64,000 bases of DNA from Candidatus Latescibacterota bacterium (GTDB lineage Bacteria; Latescibacterota; UBA2968), in the NCBI GenBank assembly GCA_965204745.1, contig OZ242010.1, positions 320,001 through 384,000 on the forward strand. The letters run 5' to 3'. Position numbers and translations under genes: made by a program. The notes beneath the pieces were generated by a model that was not told the origin of the DNA, searched no databases, and was given only the letters and a program-made list of their open reading frames with translations. Positions 19,656 to 30,609 of the stretch are shown piece by piece; within the stretch, counting starts at the first letter, position 1, and each line of letters opens with the position of its first letter.

Positions 19656-19780
19656 CTCACAGTTCCCCCCTTGTATCTTAGGGCGAGCACGGGTGCATCG
19701 CCCCTTTGGAGGGGTGGAAGGGTGGGGACTGACAACTGACAACTGACAACTGACAACTGACAACTGCATCTCACCTCGTT

Positions 19781-21652
19781 CTATTCCGCAATTTCTCTGA
19801 CGCGAATGCGCGTGCCAGGGCGCAAGCGAGACGGGCTTTGAATGCCATTCATGGATTTCAGGGCTTCAACGCTCGTATCAAAAGCGCGGGCAATTTCCCA
19901 CAGGGTATCGCCTGTGCGCACGGTGTAAAAGACGGGCGAATCCGAGGTGCCATCTTTGGGCAACCAAAGGGTGAGGCGGTCGCCCGGGTGAATGGGGCGA
20001 TGGGTATTGAGATCGTTCCACGCGCGTAGGTGCGAAACCGTGATGCCCTCGCGTTTGGCAATTTCCCACAGGGTATCGCCTGCGCGCACGGTGAGGTTGA
20101 CTTGGCGATAGTGCTCGGGGTCGGGCGTGAGGTCGATGGTTTTTCTGCGGCTGGCTGTACGAGATGAGTATTGCGCGCTGGGATACAGTGGAACAGTGAG
20201 TTTTTGACCGATTTGCAACCTGCGCGGATTGGCGATGCCATTGGCCTCTTTGAGCGCGGATTGCGATATTCCCATGTCAGCCGCGATCTCGGACAGGGTA
20301 TCCCCGCGTTTGACCACGTAATCGACCATCTGAATTTTTTTGTGCGCGGGTATTTGGGCGTAATTAGCCCTAAATTTCGCGGCCGCGCCCTTGGGCACGC
20401 GCAACGCATAAGGGGTTCGGCGCGTTGCAGGCGGCGTGTACGCGCGGCGCAGGTCCGGGTTGAGTTGGCGCATCCAGGCGTAGGTCGTGCCCGCGCACTC
20501 TGCGGCCAAGCGCAGGGATATGGGTTCTGTCAGCGCGACCTTGTCATGCGATAGGGCGGGTTGATAGACGATATTTTCAAAGCCAAAAAACCCCGGGTCT
20601 TTCGCCATGATAACCGCCGCCATGAACTTGGGTACATGATTGCGGGTTTCTCGGGGCAGCGCGTGGATTTTCCAAAAATCCCGGGTCTTGGATTTTGCGA
20701 TGGCGCCATCCATGCGACCCTGCCCGCAGTTGTACGCCGCGACAACCAACCGCCAATCGCCAAAGTATTGGTAGAGGTGCGTGAGATGTCGCGCAGCCGC
20801 GCGGGTGGCTTTTTCCGGATCCATGCGATCATCGCGGTACGTATTGCGCCGCAGGCCATAGAGCAAGCCCGTGCGGTACATGAATTGCCACATGCCCAAG
20901 GCCCGCACACGCGACTGCGCGCGCGAGTTAAATCCGCTCTCGACCAGGGCCTTATACGCGAGGTCTTGGGGCAGGCCATAGTCGCGGAAAGCCGAGTGGA
21001 TCATCGGCAAATAGGCGGTGGAGCGCGACAGGCAGAGCGCGAAAAACTCGCGCTTTTCCGTTTGGAAATAGCGGATATAAGCCAAGACTTCGGGCGTGAG
21101 GTCTATCGGCACATCGGCCTGCCCGGCCAGCACCCTCATTTTGAGCTCCCGAAAGTGCGGATGGCGCGACAAGTCCGCGGCAACCGCTTCGGGCAGGGCA
21201 TCGATCAACAATGCCACGGGCGCGTCCGGCGATATGGGCACGCGGGGCAGAATCGCGTGGTAGTGTTCGAGGGTAAAACGCGCCAGCGCGGCCCATTCTT
21301 TGGCTGTTTTCAGCGAGGGATTGGGGACGAACCGCTCGCGCAAGGTGCGGGCTATCGCGTCGAGTTGTGCGCGTGTTTGCGCGGATGGCCGTTTGACCTG
21401 TTGCAACATGTCGTAGAGCGGGTCGCTAGCCGCGACCTTTGTCTGCGTGATGGGTTCTGCTGTGACGGGTTCTGTTGTGACGGGGACTGCGACTTCTGCG
21501 ACGGGTTCGGGCATGGCTGGAACCGCCGGGGCGCGCACAGTCGTCGTGGCGCATCCCCCGGAAATCAGGGCCGCGATCAAACACAACTTGGGCCGCAGGG
21601 ATGGTTTCGCGTTACTGGGCAGGAGTTGCCTGTACGATGAATGCCGTTTCAT
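19781..21652 (-). CDS. mltD: Membrane-bound lytic murein transglycosylase D-like (SLT domain plus 3 LysM)
   Basis: VESGF, GMWQF, AAYNCG, ETRNHVPK; three LysM repeats (VxxGDTL..IA); lipobox-like ISGGC. Confidence 0.88.
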   Translation of the reverse strand: MKRHSSYRQLLPSNAKPSLRPKLCLIAALISGGCATTTVRAPAVPAMPEPVAEVAVPVTTEPVTAEPITQTKVAASDPLYDMLQQVKRPSAQTRAQLDAIARTLRERFVPNPSLKTAKEWAALARFTLEHYHAILPRVPISPDAPVALLIDALPEAVAADLSRHPHFRELKMRVLAGQADVPIDLTPEVLAYIRYFQTEKREFFALCLSRSTAYLPMIHSAFRDYGLPQDLAYKALVESGFNSRAQSRVRALGMWQFMYRTGLLYGLRRNTYRDDRMDPEKATRAAARHLTHLYQYFGDWRLVVAAYNCGQGRMDGAIAKSKTRDFWKIHALPRETRNHVPKFMAAVIMAKDPGFFGFENIVYQPALSHDKVALTEPISLRLAAECAGTTYAWMRQLNPDLRRAYTPPATRRTPYALRVPKGAAAKFRANYAQIPAHKKIQMVDYVVKRGDTLSEIAADMGISQSALKEANGIANPRRLQIGQKLTVPLYPSAQYSSRTASRRKTIDLTPDPEHYRQVNLTVRAGDTLWEIAKREGITVSHLRAWNDLNTHRPIHPGDRLTLWLPKDGTSDSPVFYTVRTGDTLWEIARAFDTSVEALKSMNGIQSPSRLRPGTRIRVREIAE

Positions 21653-21784
21653 AGCCAACTTTCACCTCTTCGAAAAATTTTTCCGCGTCTTCGTGCGGTT
21701 GGAAATTGCCAACGCACACCTTTTCGGCTTTCACTTTAAGAACGCCCGCGGGATTTGTCAATCAATTTGTGATAAATCAGTGGG

Positions 21785-22822
21785 TTATTGCCCAAACCAC
21801 TGTGCGAATGTCTCCGCGTAATCGCCTTTTGCAATGCCCTTCTCCGTGATGATCGCGGTGACGAGGTGGTTGGGAGTCACGTCGAAGGCGGGGTTGTACA
21901 CTCGAATGCCGTCGGGCGCGGTTTGCCTGCCCATGCCACGGGTGATTTCCTCGGTTGCGCGTTCTTCAATGGGAATTTGCATGCCGGTGTCGCGTTTCAT
22001 GTCGATGGTGGAGAGCGGCGCGGCCACGTAAAAGGGGACTCGGTGCACATGGGCCAACAGGGCGAGGCCGTACGTGCCGATTTTGTTGCCGACATCTCCG
22101 TTTTTGGCAATGCGATCCGCGCCGACGACCACGCTGTCGATGTTTTTGTCGCGCAACACGGTGGCGGCCATGCTGTCGCAAATGACCGTGACATCCACCC
22201 CACTCTGGTTCAGTTCCCACGCGGTCAGGCGCGACCCCTGCAACAGAGGACGGGTTTCGTCCGCATAGACCGCGACCTGCTTGCCCGCTTCGACCGCGGC
22301 GTACACCACGGCTAAGGCAGTGCCGTAGTCAGCAGTGGCCAAGCCGCCGGCATTGCAGTGGGTCAGGACCGTGGCACGCGGGGACAGCAACTCTGCGCCA
22401 TAGCGGCCAATTTGGCGGCAGATGCGCTTGTCGTCTTCAAAAATCTCATGGGCTTCTTCGAGCAACAGGGCGCGTTTTTCAGCGGGTGAACGCCCCGCGG
22501 CTTGGGCGAGCACTTTTTTTTGTCGGTCGAGTGCCCAAAAGAGGTTGACGGCTGTGGGCCGGGTTTGCGCGAGTTTTTGAATGCACTCGGCGACATGGCG
22601 ATCAAAATCGGCCCCCTGTGCAATCGCCTCTTGCGCGGCAATGACGACCCCATAAGCCGCTGCCACGCCAATGGCAGGCGCGCCGCGCACGCGCAAACTG
22701 ACGATGGCTTCTGCCGCGGTTTCGACATCTCGGCAAACGATGAATTGGTACGCTTCGGGCAATAGGGTTTGGTCGATGAGGCGCAGCGCGTCATCTTCCC
22801 AAGTGAGGGTTGGAACGGGCAT
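21785..22822 (-). CDS. mtnA: S-methyl-5-thioribose-1-phosphate isomerase
   Basis: VRGAPAIG, RPTAVNLFWA, THCNAGGLAT, ETRPLLQG, NPAFDVTP. Confidence 0.95.
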   Translation of the reverse strand: MPVPTLTWEDDALRLIDQTLLPEAYQFIVCRDVETAAEAIVSLRVRGAPAIGVAAAYGVVIAAQEAIAQGADFDRHVAECIQKLAQTRPTAVNLFWALDRQKKVLAQAAGRSPAEKRALLLEEAHEIFEDDKRICRQIGRYGAELLSPRATVLTHCNAGGLATADYGTALAVVYAAVEAGKQVAVYADETRPLLQGSRLTAWELNQSGVDVTVICDSMAATVLRDKNIDSVVVGADRIAKNGDVGNKIGTYGLALLAHVHRVPFYVAAPLSTIDMKRDTGMQIPIEERATEEITRGMGRQTAPDGIRVYNPAFDVTPNHLVTAIITEKGIAKGDYAETFAQWFGQ

Positions 22823-22843
22823 GGGTTCTCCAATGCTTACGGG

Positions 22844-23209
22844 TCAAGTGTCGGTCGGGCCGCGGTCTTCAACGCGCTCGATGGGCGCGTCTCCCCACAG
22901 GCGTTCCAAGCCGTAAAACTGGCGCGATTCCGCCTGAAAGATGTGGACGATGATATCGACAAAATCGATCAGCACCCACTTTCGCGTGTCGTATCCCTCG
23001 ACGTGATAGGGCGGCTGCCCCCGCGCTTTGAGACGCTGGATCACCGCGTCTGCCAATGCGCGAACATGCACGTCTGAAGTCCCGGTGCAGATGACAAAAT
23101 AATCGACAAAGTCGGCGGTGTTGTGCAGGTCGATCACGACGATGTCTTGGGCTTTGCGCGAAAGCAACTGTTCAATGCAGGCACTGCGAATCATCTCGAT
23201 ATCTGACAA
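22844..23209 (-). CDS. rsfS: Ribosome silencing factor
   Basis: KAQDI, DYFVICTG, WVLID..DIIVHIF...R.FY.LERLW. Confidence 0.95.
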   Translation of the reverse strand: MSDIEMIRSACIEQLLSRKAQDIVVIDLHNTADFVDYFVICTGTSDVHVRALADAVIQRLKARGQPPYHVEGYDTRKWVLIDFVDIIVHIFQAESRQFYGLERLWGDAPIERVEDRGPTDT

Positions 23210-23221
23210 GGCGACCTCCTT

Positions 23222-23635
23222 CTATTTCCAGATCTCCAACCTATCGTAATCGCGTCCGATGATGATGGTCACTTCCTCGAGGCGATAGGTGTCGGGGGTT
23301 TTTTGCTGGATGACATTGGGCGTGCCGATGAGGGCGGCGACTTGTCGGGCGTATTCTAGTTTGCCGATGCGATCCATGACAATGGTCTCGGCAAAGTTGA
23401 AGTTTTCCGCATTGCCCATGGTCATGACGTCAACGCCAAAGTCGCGCAGTTTTTTCCCGATCTGACCCGCGAGCCCGCCCGTGCCGCATCCATTGAGGAT
23501 TTCCACGCGGATATTGTGCGCGATTTGCGGCGCGGGCCGCGGCGGTGGCGGTGGCGATTGCCAAAAAGCGGTTGCCGCAAAGACGATCAGCCCGGCGATG
23601 ATGAGGCCGCCGAGAACCCATACCCAACGTTTCAT
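23222..23635 (-). CDS. LytR C-terminal domain protein
   Basis: N-terminal TM helix; VEILNGCG..GLA, GNA, IIIGRD. Confidence 0.85.
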   Translation of the reverse strand: MKRWVWVLGGLIIAGLIVFAATAFWQSPPPPPRPAPQIAHNIRVEILNGCGTGGLAGQIGKKLRDFGVDVMTMGNAENFNFAETIVMDRIGKLEYARQVAALIGTPNVIQQKTPDTYRLEEVTIIIGRDYDRLEIWK

Positions 23636-23704
23636 ACTGCGAAATATAAGCAAAAAAAAAAGAGACGCCAACCTTAGGCGCCTCTTTTTGCCGCTGCTGC
23701 GCGT

Positions 23705-24160
23705 TCAATAGCGTCTGTATGGATCGCGGTAGTAATAGGGATAGCCATTGAAGGTGCTGAATCCAAATTCGATGCGGAGATTGGGCTTGGGCTGGTACAA
23801 GAGGCTGACATTGGGAACCACGACTCGCACGCCGCCCGAAGAGGTCGAGCCGTAGCGCGCATTGCCCGACATGTTGTTGACCAAGCCGACCTGCGCCTTG
23901 ATGACGAGCGGTTTGGAGACTCGATAGGTGATGTCGTTGAGATAGTACTGGCGCAGGCCGCCGCCGTATCCCGAACCGTAGCTGATGCCAATGGTGTGGT
24001 TGAAGTTGAGCTTTTTGAGGTCGAACAATCCGCTGGTGATTTTGCCTGCACGTGCAAATGCCTCGTTGAGCGGGATTTTGCTCTGCGGCTGAATGCCGAT
24101 TTCCGCCCGCGCCCCCGTCGCCATCAAGACCACAACTGCCAATGCAATCCATCTGTACAT
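23705..24160 (-). CDS. Hypothetical exported protein
   Basis: Signal peptide (MYRWIALAVVVLMATGARA), GGAGG RBS, beta-rich; terminator-like hairpin at ~23654-23689. Confidence 0.7.
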   Translation of the reverse strand: MYRWIALAVVVLMATGARAEIGIQPQSKIPLNEAFARAGKITSGLFDLKKLNFNHTIGISYGSGYGGGLRQYYLNDITYRVSKPLVIKAQVGLVNNMSGNARYGSTSSGGVRVVVPNVSLLYQPKPNLRIEFGFSTFNGYPYYYRDPYRRY

Positions 24161-24336
24161 GTGAAACCTCCTTTGATTGGAAATAGCCGTTGACCTGTGC
24201 TGTGAAGCAACATGATACATCGATCAAACCGAACTGTCAAGTTACGTCTTGCGTCTTATGTCTTGCATCTCACCTTTTCATATCGTAAATTTGACCCTCC
24301 CAAGTCGCAACACACACTTTTTAGGAGACGACGACG

Positions 24337-25164
24337 ATGGCACTTCAATCTAATGGGGCTGTTCTTTCGGATGAACAGCGCGAATTTTTTGACGCCAATG
24401 GGTATCTCGTCATCGAAGACGCGCTGCCCCCGGATGTCGTTGCGGAACTCGACGCGGCGGTCGATGAAATTTACGCCCGGGAGAAAGCCGCGAATCGCTT
24501 GGAGAAAAATGGCAAGCTCAATTTGCGAAATTGCATCGTGCATCACGATGCGTTTCTCCAACTGCTCGACTGGCCGACCACCGCGCCCTTGGCGTGGCAG
24601 ATCCTCAACTGGAACATCCAGATGATCACCTCGCACCTCATCGTGTTGCCCTCCGGCCCAGAGCCATCCGCAGAGGAAAAGCGCAGGGGCGGGTATCACC
24701 GCGATGGCGGGTCTTCTTCTCGGGAAATGACCGAACCCCATCCGCGCATCCTCCTCAAAATCGCATACACCATCAGCGACCAGCGCGATCCCGCGTCCGG
24801 AGCCACGCAACTCGTGCCGGGAAGCAATCGGCTGTGGGGCCGTCCGGCCATCGATCCGGCAACGGGCCATCCGCGCGGGGCCATCGACATGAATGTCAAA
24901 GCCGGCTCGGCATTCATCTTTGAACAGCGCACCTATCACGGCATTGGCAAGAACTGGTCGGGGTTCCCGCGCAAGACCATTTTCATGGGCTATGCGTATC
25001 GCTGGGTCAAACCGATGGACTACATCCACATGCCCGACGACCTCCTCGCCCGCGCAACTCCCATTCAAAAACAACTCTTGGGCGCGGTGTCCGACCCGCT
25101 CAGTTTTTACATCCCACAAGCGCGAGACGTGCCCATCAAAGCACTCGTCGAAGATGGGGTGTGA
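24337..25164 (+). CDS. Phytanoyl-CoA dioxygenase (PhyH) family protein
   Basis: F..NGYLVIEDAL, HRD and distal H, VPGSN. Confidence 0.9.
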   Translation: MALQSNGAVLSDEQREFFDANGYLVIEDALPPDVVAELDAAVDEIYAREKAANRLEKNGKLNLRNCIVHHDAFLQLLDWPTTAPLAWQILNWNIQMITSHLIVLPSGPEPSAEEKRRGGYHRDGGSSSREMTEPHPRILLKIAYTISDQRDPASGATQLVPGSNRLWGRPAIDPATGHPRGAIDMNVKAGSAFIFEQRTYHGIGKNWSGFPRKTIFMGYAYRWVKPMDYIHMPDDLLARATPIQKQLLGAVSDPLSFYIPQARDVPIKALVEDGV

Positions 25165-25457
25165 GTGTGAATCAACGAAAATTTTCACCCCCACAGATAG
25201 CGGTTCATCCGCGCAGTACGTCGGGTTTTGGAGCGGTTGGGGGCCTCTCACGTCTTCCTTCTTCCCTCTTACCGAAAGGGGGCGAGCACGGGGGCACCGC
25301 CCCTACACACACTGCTCGCCTTTGAACGGGCTATCGCCTTTTGTGCCTTTGAACTGGCTATCGCCAGTTGTACCCCGCTCGTGCCTTTTGTGGCTAACCC
25401 CCATCTCCCATCTCCCGTCTTACCTCTTACCGAAGGGGGCGGGCGGGGGCAGAGAGA

Positions 25458-27158
25458 TCACTCATCCGTCACGCACCCTTCGGACGCGGTTTTCACGTTC
25501 TTGATGTACTTGTAAAGCGTGCCGCGCGTGGCTTTGTAAGGCGGTGGCGTCCACGCCGCGCGGCGTCTTGCGAGTTCTGCGGCTGAGACATCCATGTTGA
25601 TTTCCCCATTTTGGCTGTCGATAGTGACGGTATCCCCGGTTTGCACCAAGGCGATAGGCCCGCCTTCAATGGCTTCCGGGACGACGTGGCCGATGAGAAA
25701 GCCGTGCGATCCACCGGAAAACCGCCCGTCCGTAATCAGCGCCACATCTTGCACCAAGCCCGCGCCTGCCAGTGCGGAGGTGGGCGTGAGCATCTCCGGC
25801 ATGCCCGGCCCGCCTTTGGGGCCTTCGTAGCGGATGATGATCACATCGCCTTTTGCGATCTCGCCCTGTTCGAGCGCGCCGAGCATGTCCTCCTCGCAAT
25901 CGAATACATTGGCCTTGCCCGTGAACACTTCGCCCTCTTTGCCCGTGATTTTGCCAACCGAACCCTCGGGCGCCAAATTCCCGCGTAAAATTTGCAGGTG
26001 TCCCGTGGGTTTGATGGGGTCGTCAAAGGGCCGCACGATGTCTTGCTGCCCGCGGCCCGTGCCGTACGGGGGAAGCGAGGCGAGGTCCGCGAGATTTTCC
26101 GCGATGGTCTTGCCGGTCACGGTCATTTGGTCGCCGTCGATGAGGCCCGCGTCGAGCAAGCGTTTCATCATCGCAGGCGTGCCGCCGATGTCGTGGAGTT
26201 CTTCCATGACGTAGCGGCCCGAGGGCTTGAGGTCGCACAACAGGGGCGTTTCATTGGATACGCGCTGAAACTCGTCGATGTCCAAATCGAGGTCAAACGC
26301 GCGTGCAATAGCCAAGAGGTGGAGCACGATATTGGTCGATCCCCCCGTGACAACCGCGAGGCGAATGGCGTTGAGCAGGGATTGTTTGGTGACGATGTCG
26401 CGCGGTTTGAGGTCCGTTTCGAGCAAGGCGCGAATCGCATGCCCCGCGCGAACGCATTCGGCGCGTTTGCCCGGATCTTCGGCCGGCGTGCAGGAGGAAT
26501 AGGGCAAGGAGAGGCCCATGCACTCAATCGCACTCGCCATGGTATTGGCCGTGTACATGCCGCCGCACGCCCCCGCGCCCGGGCAGGCGTGTTCCACGAT
26601 CTCTTGGCGTTCCTCATCGCTGATCGATTCCGCGAGAAATTCCCCGTAGCTCTGAAAGGCGGATACGATGTCGAGTTTGCGCTCCTCGCCCCGAATGATG
26701 GCGCAACCGGGTTTGATCGTCCCCCCGTAGATCATCAGCGCCGGGCGATTGAGCCGGCCCATGCCCATAATCACGCCGGGCATGTTCTTGTCGCAACCGG
26801 GCAATGCGATGAGCGCGTCATACCACTGCGCGCCCATGACGGTTTCGATAGAGTCCGCGATCAAGTCGCGCGATTGCAGGGAAAACGACATGCCATCCGT
26901 CCCCATTGAAATGCCATCTGATACGCCAATCGTATTGAAGCGCATCCCAATGCACCCGGCCTCGCCAACGCCCTTTTTCACGTCAGCCGCCAAGTCGTTG
27001 AGGTGCATGTTGCACGAATTGCCCTCGTACCACACCGATGCAATGCCGACCTGCGCTTTGTCCATATCCTCGCGCGTCAGGCCCGCGGCATAGAGCATGG
27101 CCTGAGACGCGCCTTGGGATTTTTTTTGCGTGATCTGCGAGCTGTACAAATTCAACAT
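25458..27158 (-). CDS. ilvD: Dihydroxy-acid dehydratase
   Basis: [46 protein letters not shown]; start moved to MLNLYSS after an AAGGAAG RBS. Confidence 0.96.
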   Translation of the reverse strand: MLNLYSSQITQKKSQGASQAMLYAAGLTREDMDKAQVGIASVWYEGNSCNMHLNDLAADVKKGVGEAGCIGMRFNTIGVSDGISMGTDGMSFSLQSRDLIADSIETVMGAQWYDALIALPGCDKNMPGVIMGMGRLNRPALMIYGGTIKPGCAIIRGEERKLDIVSAFQSYGEFLAESISDEERQEIVEHACPGAGACGGMYTANTMASAIECMGLSLPYSSCTPAEDPGKRAECVRAGHAIRALLETDLKPRDIVTKQSLLNAIRLAVVTGGSTNIVLHLLAIARAFDLDLDIDEFQRVSNETPLLCDLKPSGRYVMEELHDIGGTPAMMKRLLDAGLIDGDQMTVTGKTIAENLADLASLPPYGTGRGQQDIVRPFDDPIKPTGHLQILRGNLAPEGSVGKITGKEGEVFTGKANVFDCEEDMLGALEQGEIAKGDVIIIRYEGPKGGPGMPEMLTPTSALAGAGLVQDVALITDGRFSGGSHGFLIGHVVPEAIEGGPIALVQTGDTVTIDSQNGEINMDVSAAELARRRAAWTPPPYKATRGTLYKYIKNVKTASEGCVTDE

Positions 27159-27219
27159 CGAAACTTCCTTTCTAAAAGGGCGAAACAAGAGATCCACGAA
27201 GAACGCGCAGGGCGAGAAG

Positions 27220-27567
27220 AAATGCGAAACGCAAGACAAGGCGGTGGAGATGGCGTCAAAGATAGAAGCCATTAAGGCGGCGATTGAAGCCCTGCCCGAA
27301 GTGGACGAAGATATTGCGCGTGAAAATGTTCGCGGTTTTATTCGCAAATAACGACCAGCGTATTCTGAAAATGCGGTTCCCGCCTTCCACTCTTGCACAA
27401 AGCCATCATCGTCACCGCAACATCCGACGTGAAGGACTTTGTGATTAGGTTGCAGGTAGTTCAGAATGCAGTCAACGCGATTCATTGTTTTTCCGTGGTT
27501 GGACAGATGCCTCGTCATCCGCGTTTATCTGTGTTTATCGGTAGTTGCCTTTCGCCTTTTCGCGTCT
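27220..27567 (-). pseudogene. Internally deleted copy of the SAM-methyltransferase module (duplicate of 46941-47749)
   Basis: Near-identical to 46941-47093 joined directly to ~47554-47749; ~460 bp of the gene is missing. Confidence 0.85.
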
Positions 27568-27721
27568 TCAGGCGAGCACGGGGACATCGCCCCTACGTTT
27601 CTATCCTTGCCTCTCGCCTCTCGCCTCTTACTTCTTGCCTCTTACCGAAGGGCGGTTAGGCGGGGCGGACTGACAACTGACAACTGACAACTGACAACTG
27701 ACAACTGACAACTGCCTCTCT

Positions 27722-29182
27722 CTATCCAATCGCCTCGCGCTCGCGCCAGCGATACATTCGCAAAGCGGGGTCATGGGTCTCCGCCATCCACTGCTTTAAC
27801 CGCGCTTTCAACCGCGCCACGTCATCGGCGTATTCGGGGTCGGCGATCACATTGTGCAACTCGTGGGGATCGCGTTGCAAATCGTACAACTCGTCCTGTC
27901 CCGTCAAATTGCACCCGTACTTGAGATGCCCCATCCGCAACGTTTTCATCGACGTGGCGACATTGCCCAAGCCCAAAAACTCGGTGACGACAGCGTCTCG
28001 CCAATCGGTTGCCTCCCCGCGGACGAGCGGCAACAAAGACCGCCCGTGAATCGCGTCCTGGCGGTACTGCCCGCCGGCCAAATCCAAAATCGTGGGATAC
28101 ATATCGGCCAGAGACGCGAACTCGGGTATGCGCGTGCCCGCATAATCCGGCAACCGGATAATCATCGGGATGCGGTGCGTCTCTTCAAAATGGTGCCATC
28201 CCTTATCCAGCAAGCCCCCGTGACTGCCCAGGGTCTCGCCGTGATCCGCGGTAAAAATCAGCACTGTATTCTCCAACGCCCCGCTCGCCCTCAACCAATC
28301 GCACAGCCGACCAATCTGACTGTCGATCATCGACACCCGCGCGTAGTAATAGCGCACGGCCATCGCCCAATCCTCCCACGTCAAATTTTCCCTATCCCAG
28401 TGAATTTTCAGATGATGCGGCCCGGGAATGGCCCGCGAAGGCCAATCGTAATTCGCCCACGGCGGAATCTCCACCTCCCGATACCAGTCGAGAAATTCAC
28501 CCGTCGCGTGATACGGCCCGTGCGGTCCCCAAAAATTCAAACTGATGAAATACGGCACATCGCGCTGTTGAAACGACCCGATCATCTCGATCACATTATC
28601 GACCAAATACGCCGGCACAGTCGCCTCTGTGGGCACGGTCAACTCGCCGATCCCCTTGCGGATCATCCGCGTGGATTCTGCCCAGGGCTTCACCCCCGGC
28701 GCGTAGCCCTTTGCCCGCGCCCATTCCCGATACCCCGCATAGCGCGAACCCGCGCCGCCGTGCCCGGCAAACTCCTGCCCCTCATACCCGATGCGCGAAG
28801 GCGAGGACGGCTCGTTTGACCCCCGAAAGGTCTGGTTTTTTTCAGAGCCGAGATGCCACTTGCCCGTGTATCCCGTCCCGTAACCCGCTGCTTGCAGGCG
28901 GCGCGGCAACAGGTCGGGCCGATCCTCCAACTCGTGGATGCTACATCCCACCTCGTGGATATTTGACGTGATGCCGTGCGTGTGCGGGTACACGCCGGTT
29001 TGCAACGTGCCCCGCGCCGGACTACACACCGGATACACGGTATAGGCATTTTCAAACAACGCGCCTTCTGTGGCAAGGCGGTCGATATTCGGCGTCCGGC
29101 ACGGCGTCTCACCATACGCCCCCACGCCCGACAACCGGTGTTGATCGGTCAAAATAAAAATGATATTGGGCCTGTCTGCCAT
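27722..29182 (-). CDS. Sulfatase (Cys-type, formylglycine-dependent)
   Basis: PNIIFILTDQ, CSPAR, GKWH, ADHGE, ELYDL..DPHE. Confidence 0.95.
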   Translation of the reverse strand: MADRPNIIFILTDQHRLSGVGAYGETPCRTPNIDRLATEGALFENAYTVYPVCSPARGTLQTGVYPHTHGITSNIHEVGCSIHELEDRPDLLPRRLQAAGYGTGYTGKWHLGSEKNQTFRGSNEPSSPSRIGYEGQEFAGHGGAGSRYAGYREWARAKGYAPGVKPWAESTRMIRKGIGELTVPTEATVPAYLVDNVIEMIGSFQQRDVPYFISLNFWGPHGPYHATGEFLDWYREVEIPPWANYDWPSRAIPGPHHLKIHWDRENLTWEDWAMAVRYYYARVSMIDSQIGRLCDWLRASGALENTVLIFTADHGETLGSHGGLLDKGWHHFEETHRIPMIIRLPDYAGTRIPEFASLADMYPTILDLAGGQYRQDAIHGRSLLPLVRGEATDWRDAVVTEFLGLGNVATSMKTLRMGHLKYGCNLTGQDELYDLQRDPHELHNVIADPEYADDVARLKARLKQWMAETHDPALRMYRWREREAIG

Positions 29183-29239
29183 ACCATGCTCCAGTGGATT
29201 TCAACTTGACGCATAACCATTAAAGGGTTACAGTGCAAA

Positions 29240-29626
29240 ATGTACAACGTCGTCATCAAAAGAAAAATGCTCAGAAATCTCCGAAAAATGCCTGAGCAGA
29301 TTCAAAAAAAGATGGGCAACCTCGTTGAGGATTTGCGCGACAAAGGCCCCATCAGAAACGTTCGGATTTCCGATAGAGACGATGAGACCATGGATATCTT
29401 TGAAACCGACTGGTATCGAGACATCAAAGCCAAAATTCGCCCTGGCGACAACCTCAAAATCTATCGCCAAAACCACGACATGACCCAAGCTGAATTGGGT
29501 CAAAAATTGGGCGATATCCCCCGCCAACACATATCCAACATGGAACGCGGCATCCGGACAATCAGCCTCAAAAACGCCCGCAAATTAGCCATCATCTTCG
29601 GCGTTTCGCCCGAGAAATTTATCTAA
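29240..29626 (+). CDS. XRE/HigA-type HTH antitoxin fused to an N-terminal RelE-like toxin remnant
   Basis: C-terminal HTH (MTQAELGQKLG..RQHISNMERG); the N-terminal ~39 aa (MYNVVIKRK..LRKMP..IQKK...LRDKGP) resemble a RelE/ParE toxin N-terminus. Confidence 0.7.
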   Translation: MYNVVIKRKMLRNLRKMPEQIQKKMGNLVEDLRDKGPIRNVRISDRDDETMDIFETDWYRDIKAKIRPGDNLKIYRQNHDMTQAELGQKLGDIPRQHISNMERGIRTISLKNARKLAIIFGVSPEKFI

Positions 29627-30477
29627 GCCGCGACGGCTTCTGTGCCCAGGTGGGTTTCTATCCACGCTTTCAGGGGCACGTCTTCGGGTTTGGGCGACGT
29701 ATAGCCAAACCCGCCCGAAGGGCTCGCGCCGAGCAACTGCCTGCGAATGGGATCGCTTTGCGCCATAAAGTGATCCACCGTCATATTGTCGCGGGGTCGC
29801 AACCAGCGGTAGCTATAGCCGTAAAACAGCGTGCGCCTCGGCTCGTGCCAATAATTCGCGCTGCTCGAATGCCAGATGCGCCGATCAAAAACCACCGCGC
29901 CGCCTTTGGGCACGCAAATCTGCACGCCGCCTTCGGGCATTTCTTTGCGGCTCTCGCCCGGAAACGCATTGATCAAATGCGAACCGGGCACCGCGACAAA
30001 ATTCCCGCGACCGGGTTGCGAGGCATCGGTCAAAAAGAACGCCACCTTCAGGGAAATCCTCGGGCGCGGATTCGTCTCGATATCGAGATTGAGGCGCCCG
30101 CTATCCTGATGAAACCCCAGCCCCGGCCCGTCCTTCTCGAGCGACTTTTCAGGGCCGGCCGGCGGCGTCACGATCATGTGCGAGTGGTAAAGCTGAATAT
30201 TCCAATTCAGCAGGCCCCACACCTTGGGAAACGTCTTGTACCAATCGAGCAATTCCAAAAACAGATCGTCCCGCCCGATAAAATCCAGCATATTGCACCG
30301 CGCATCCGGCCCCATGCCCTCGCGCTTGCGATACGCGCCATCCACCCGATCCACCACCGGAATCAACGCATCCACCAAATCCTCGGGCAACACATCGTCG
30401 AGCACGAAAAACCCATCGCGCTCAAACTTCAACCGCTCCGCTTCGGTGACACAATAATCCAAACATCTCGCGTCCAT
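29623..30477 (-). CDS. PhyH family dioxygenase
   Basis: FERDGF, HQD, VPGSH, IWH; paralogous to 24337-25164. Confidence 0.9.
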   Translation of the reverse strand: MDARCLDYCVTEAERLKFERDGFFVLDDVLPEDLVDALIPVVDRVDGAYRKREGMGPDARCNMLDFIGRDDLFLELLDWYKTFPKVWGLLNWNIQLYHSHMIVTPPAGPEKSLEKDGPGLGFHQDSGRLNLDIETNPRPRISLKVAFFLTDASQPGRGNFVAVPGSHLINAFPGESRKEMPEGGVQICVPKGGAVVFDRRIWHSSSANYWHEPRRTLFYGYSYRWLRPRDNMTVDHFMAQSDPIRRQLLGASPSGGFGYTSPKPEDVPLKAWIETHLGTEAVAA

Positions 30478-30609
30478 TGCGATCTCCTTTCAGTTGTGAC
30501 CCATCTCCCTCCTACCCCTCCGCATTACTCGCCATCGCTCGGGGGAAAGCAGGAGTCCAGTGATTTTCCAACCCCGTTTTGTGCTCTCTTCCCCGCCTCG
30601 GGAAGGGGG

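Noticed and set aside
27159-27518. Apparent methyltransferase-IlvD fusion (686-aa ORF)
   Set aside because: The frame is open by chance through the deleted duplicate module; ilvD has its own RBS and start at 27158.
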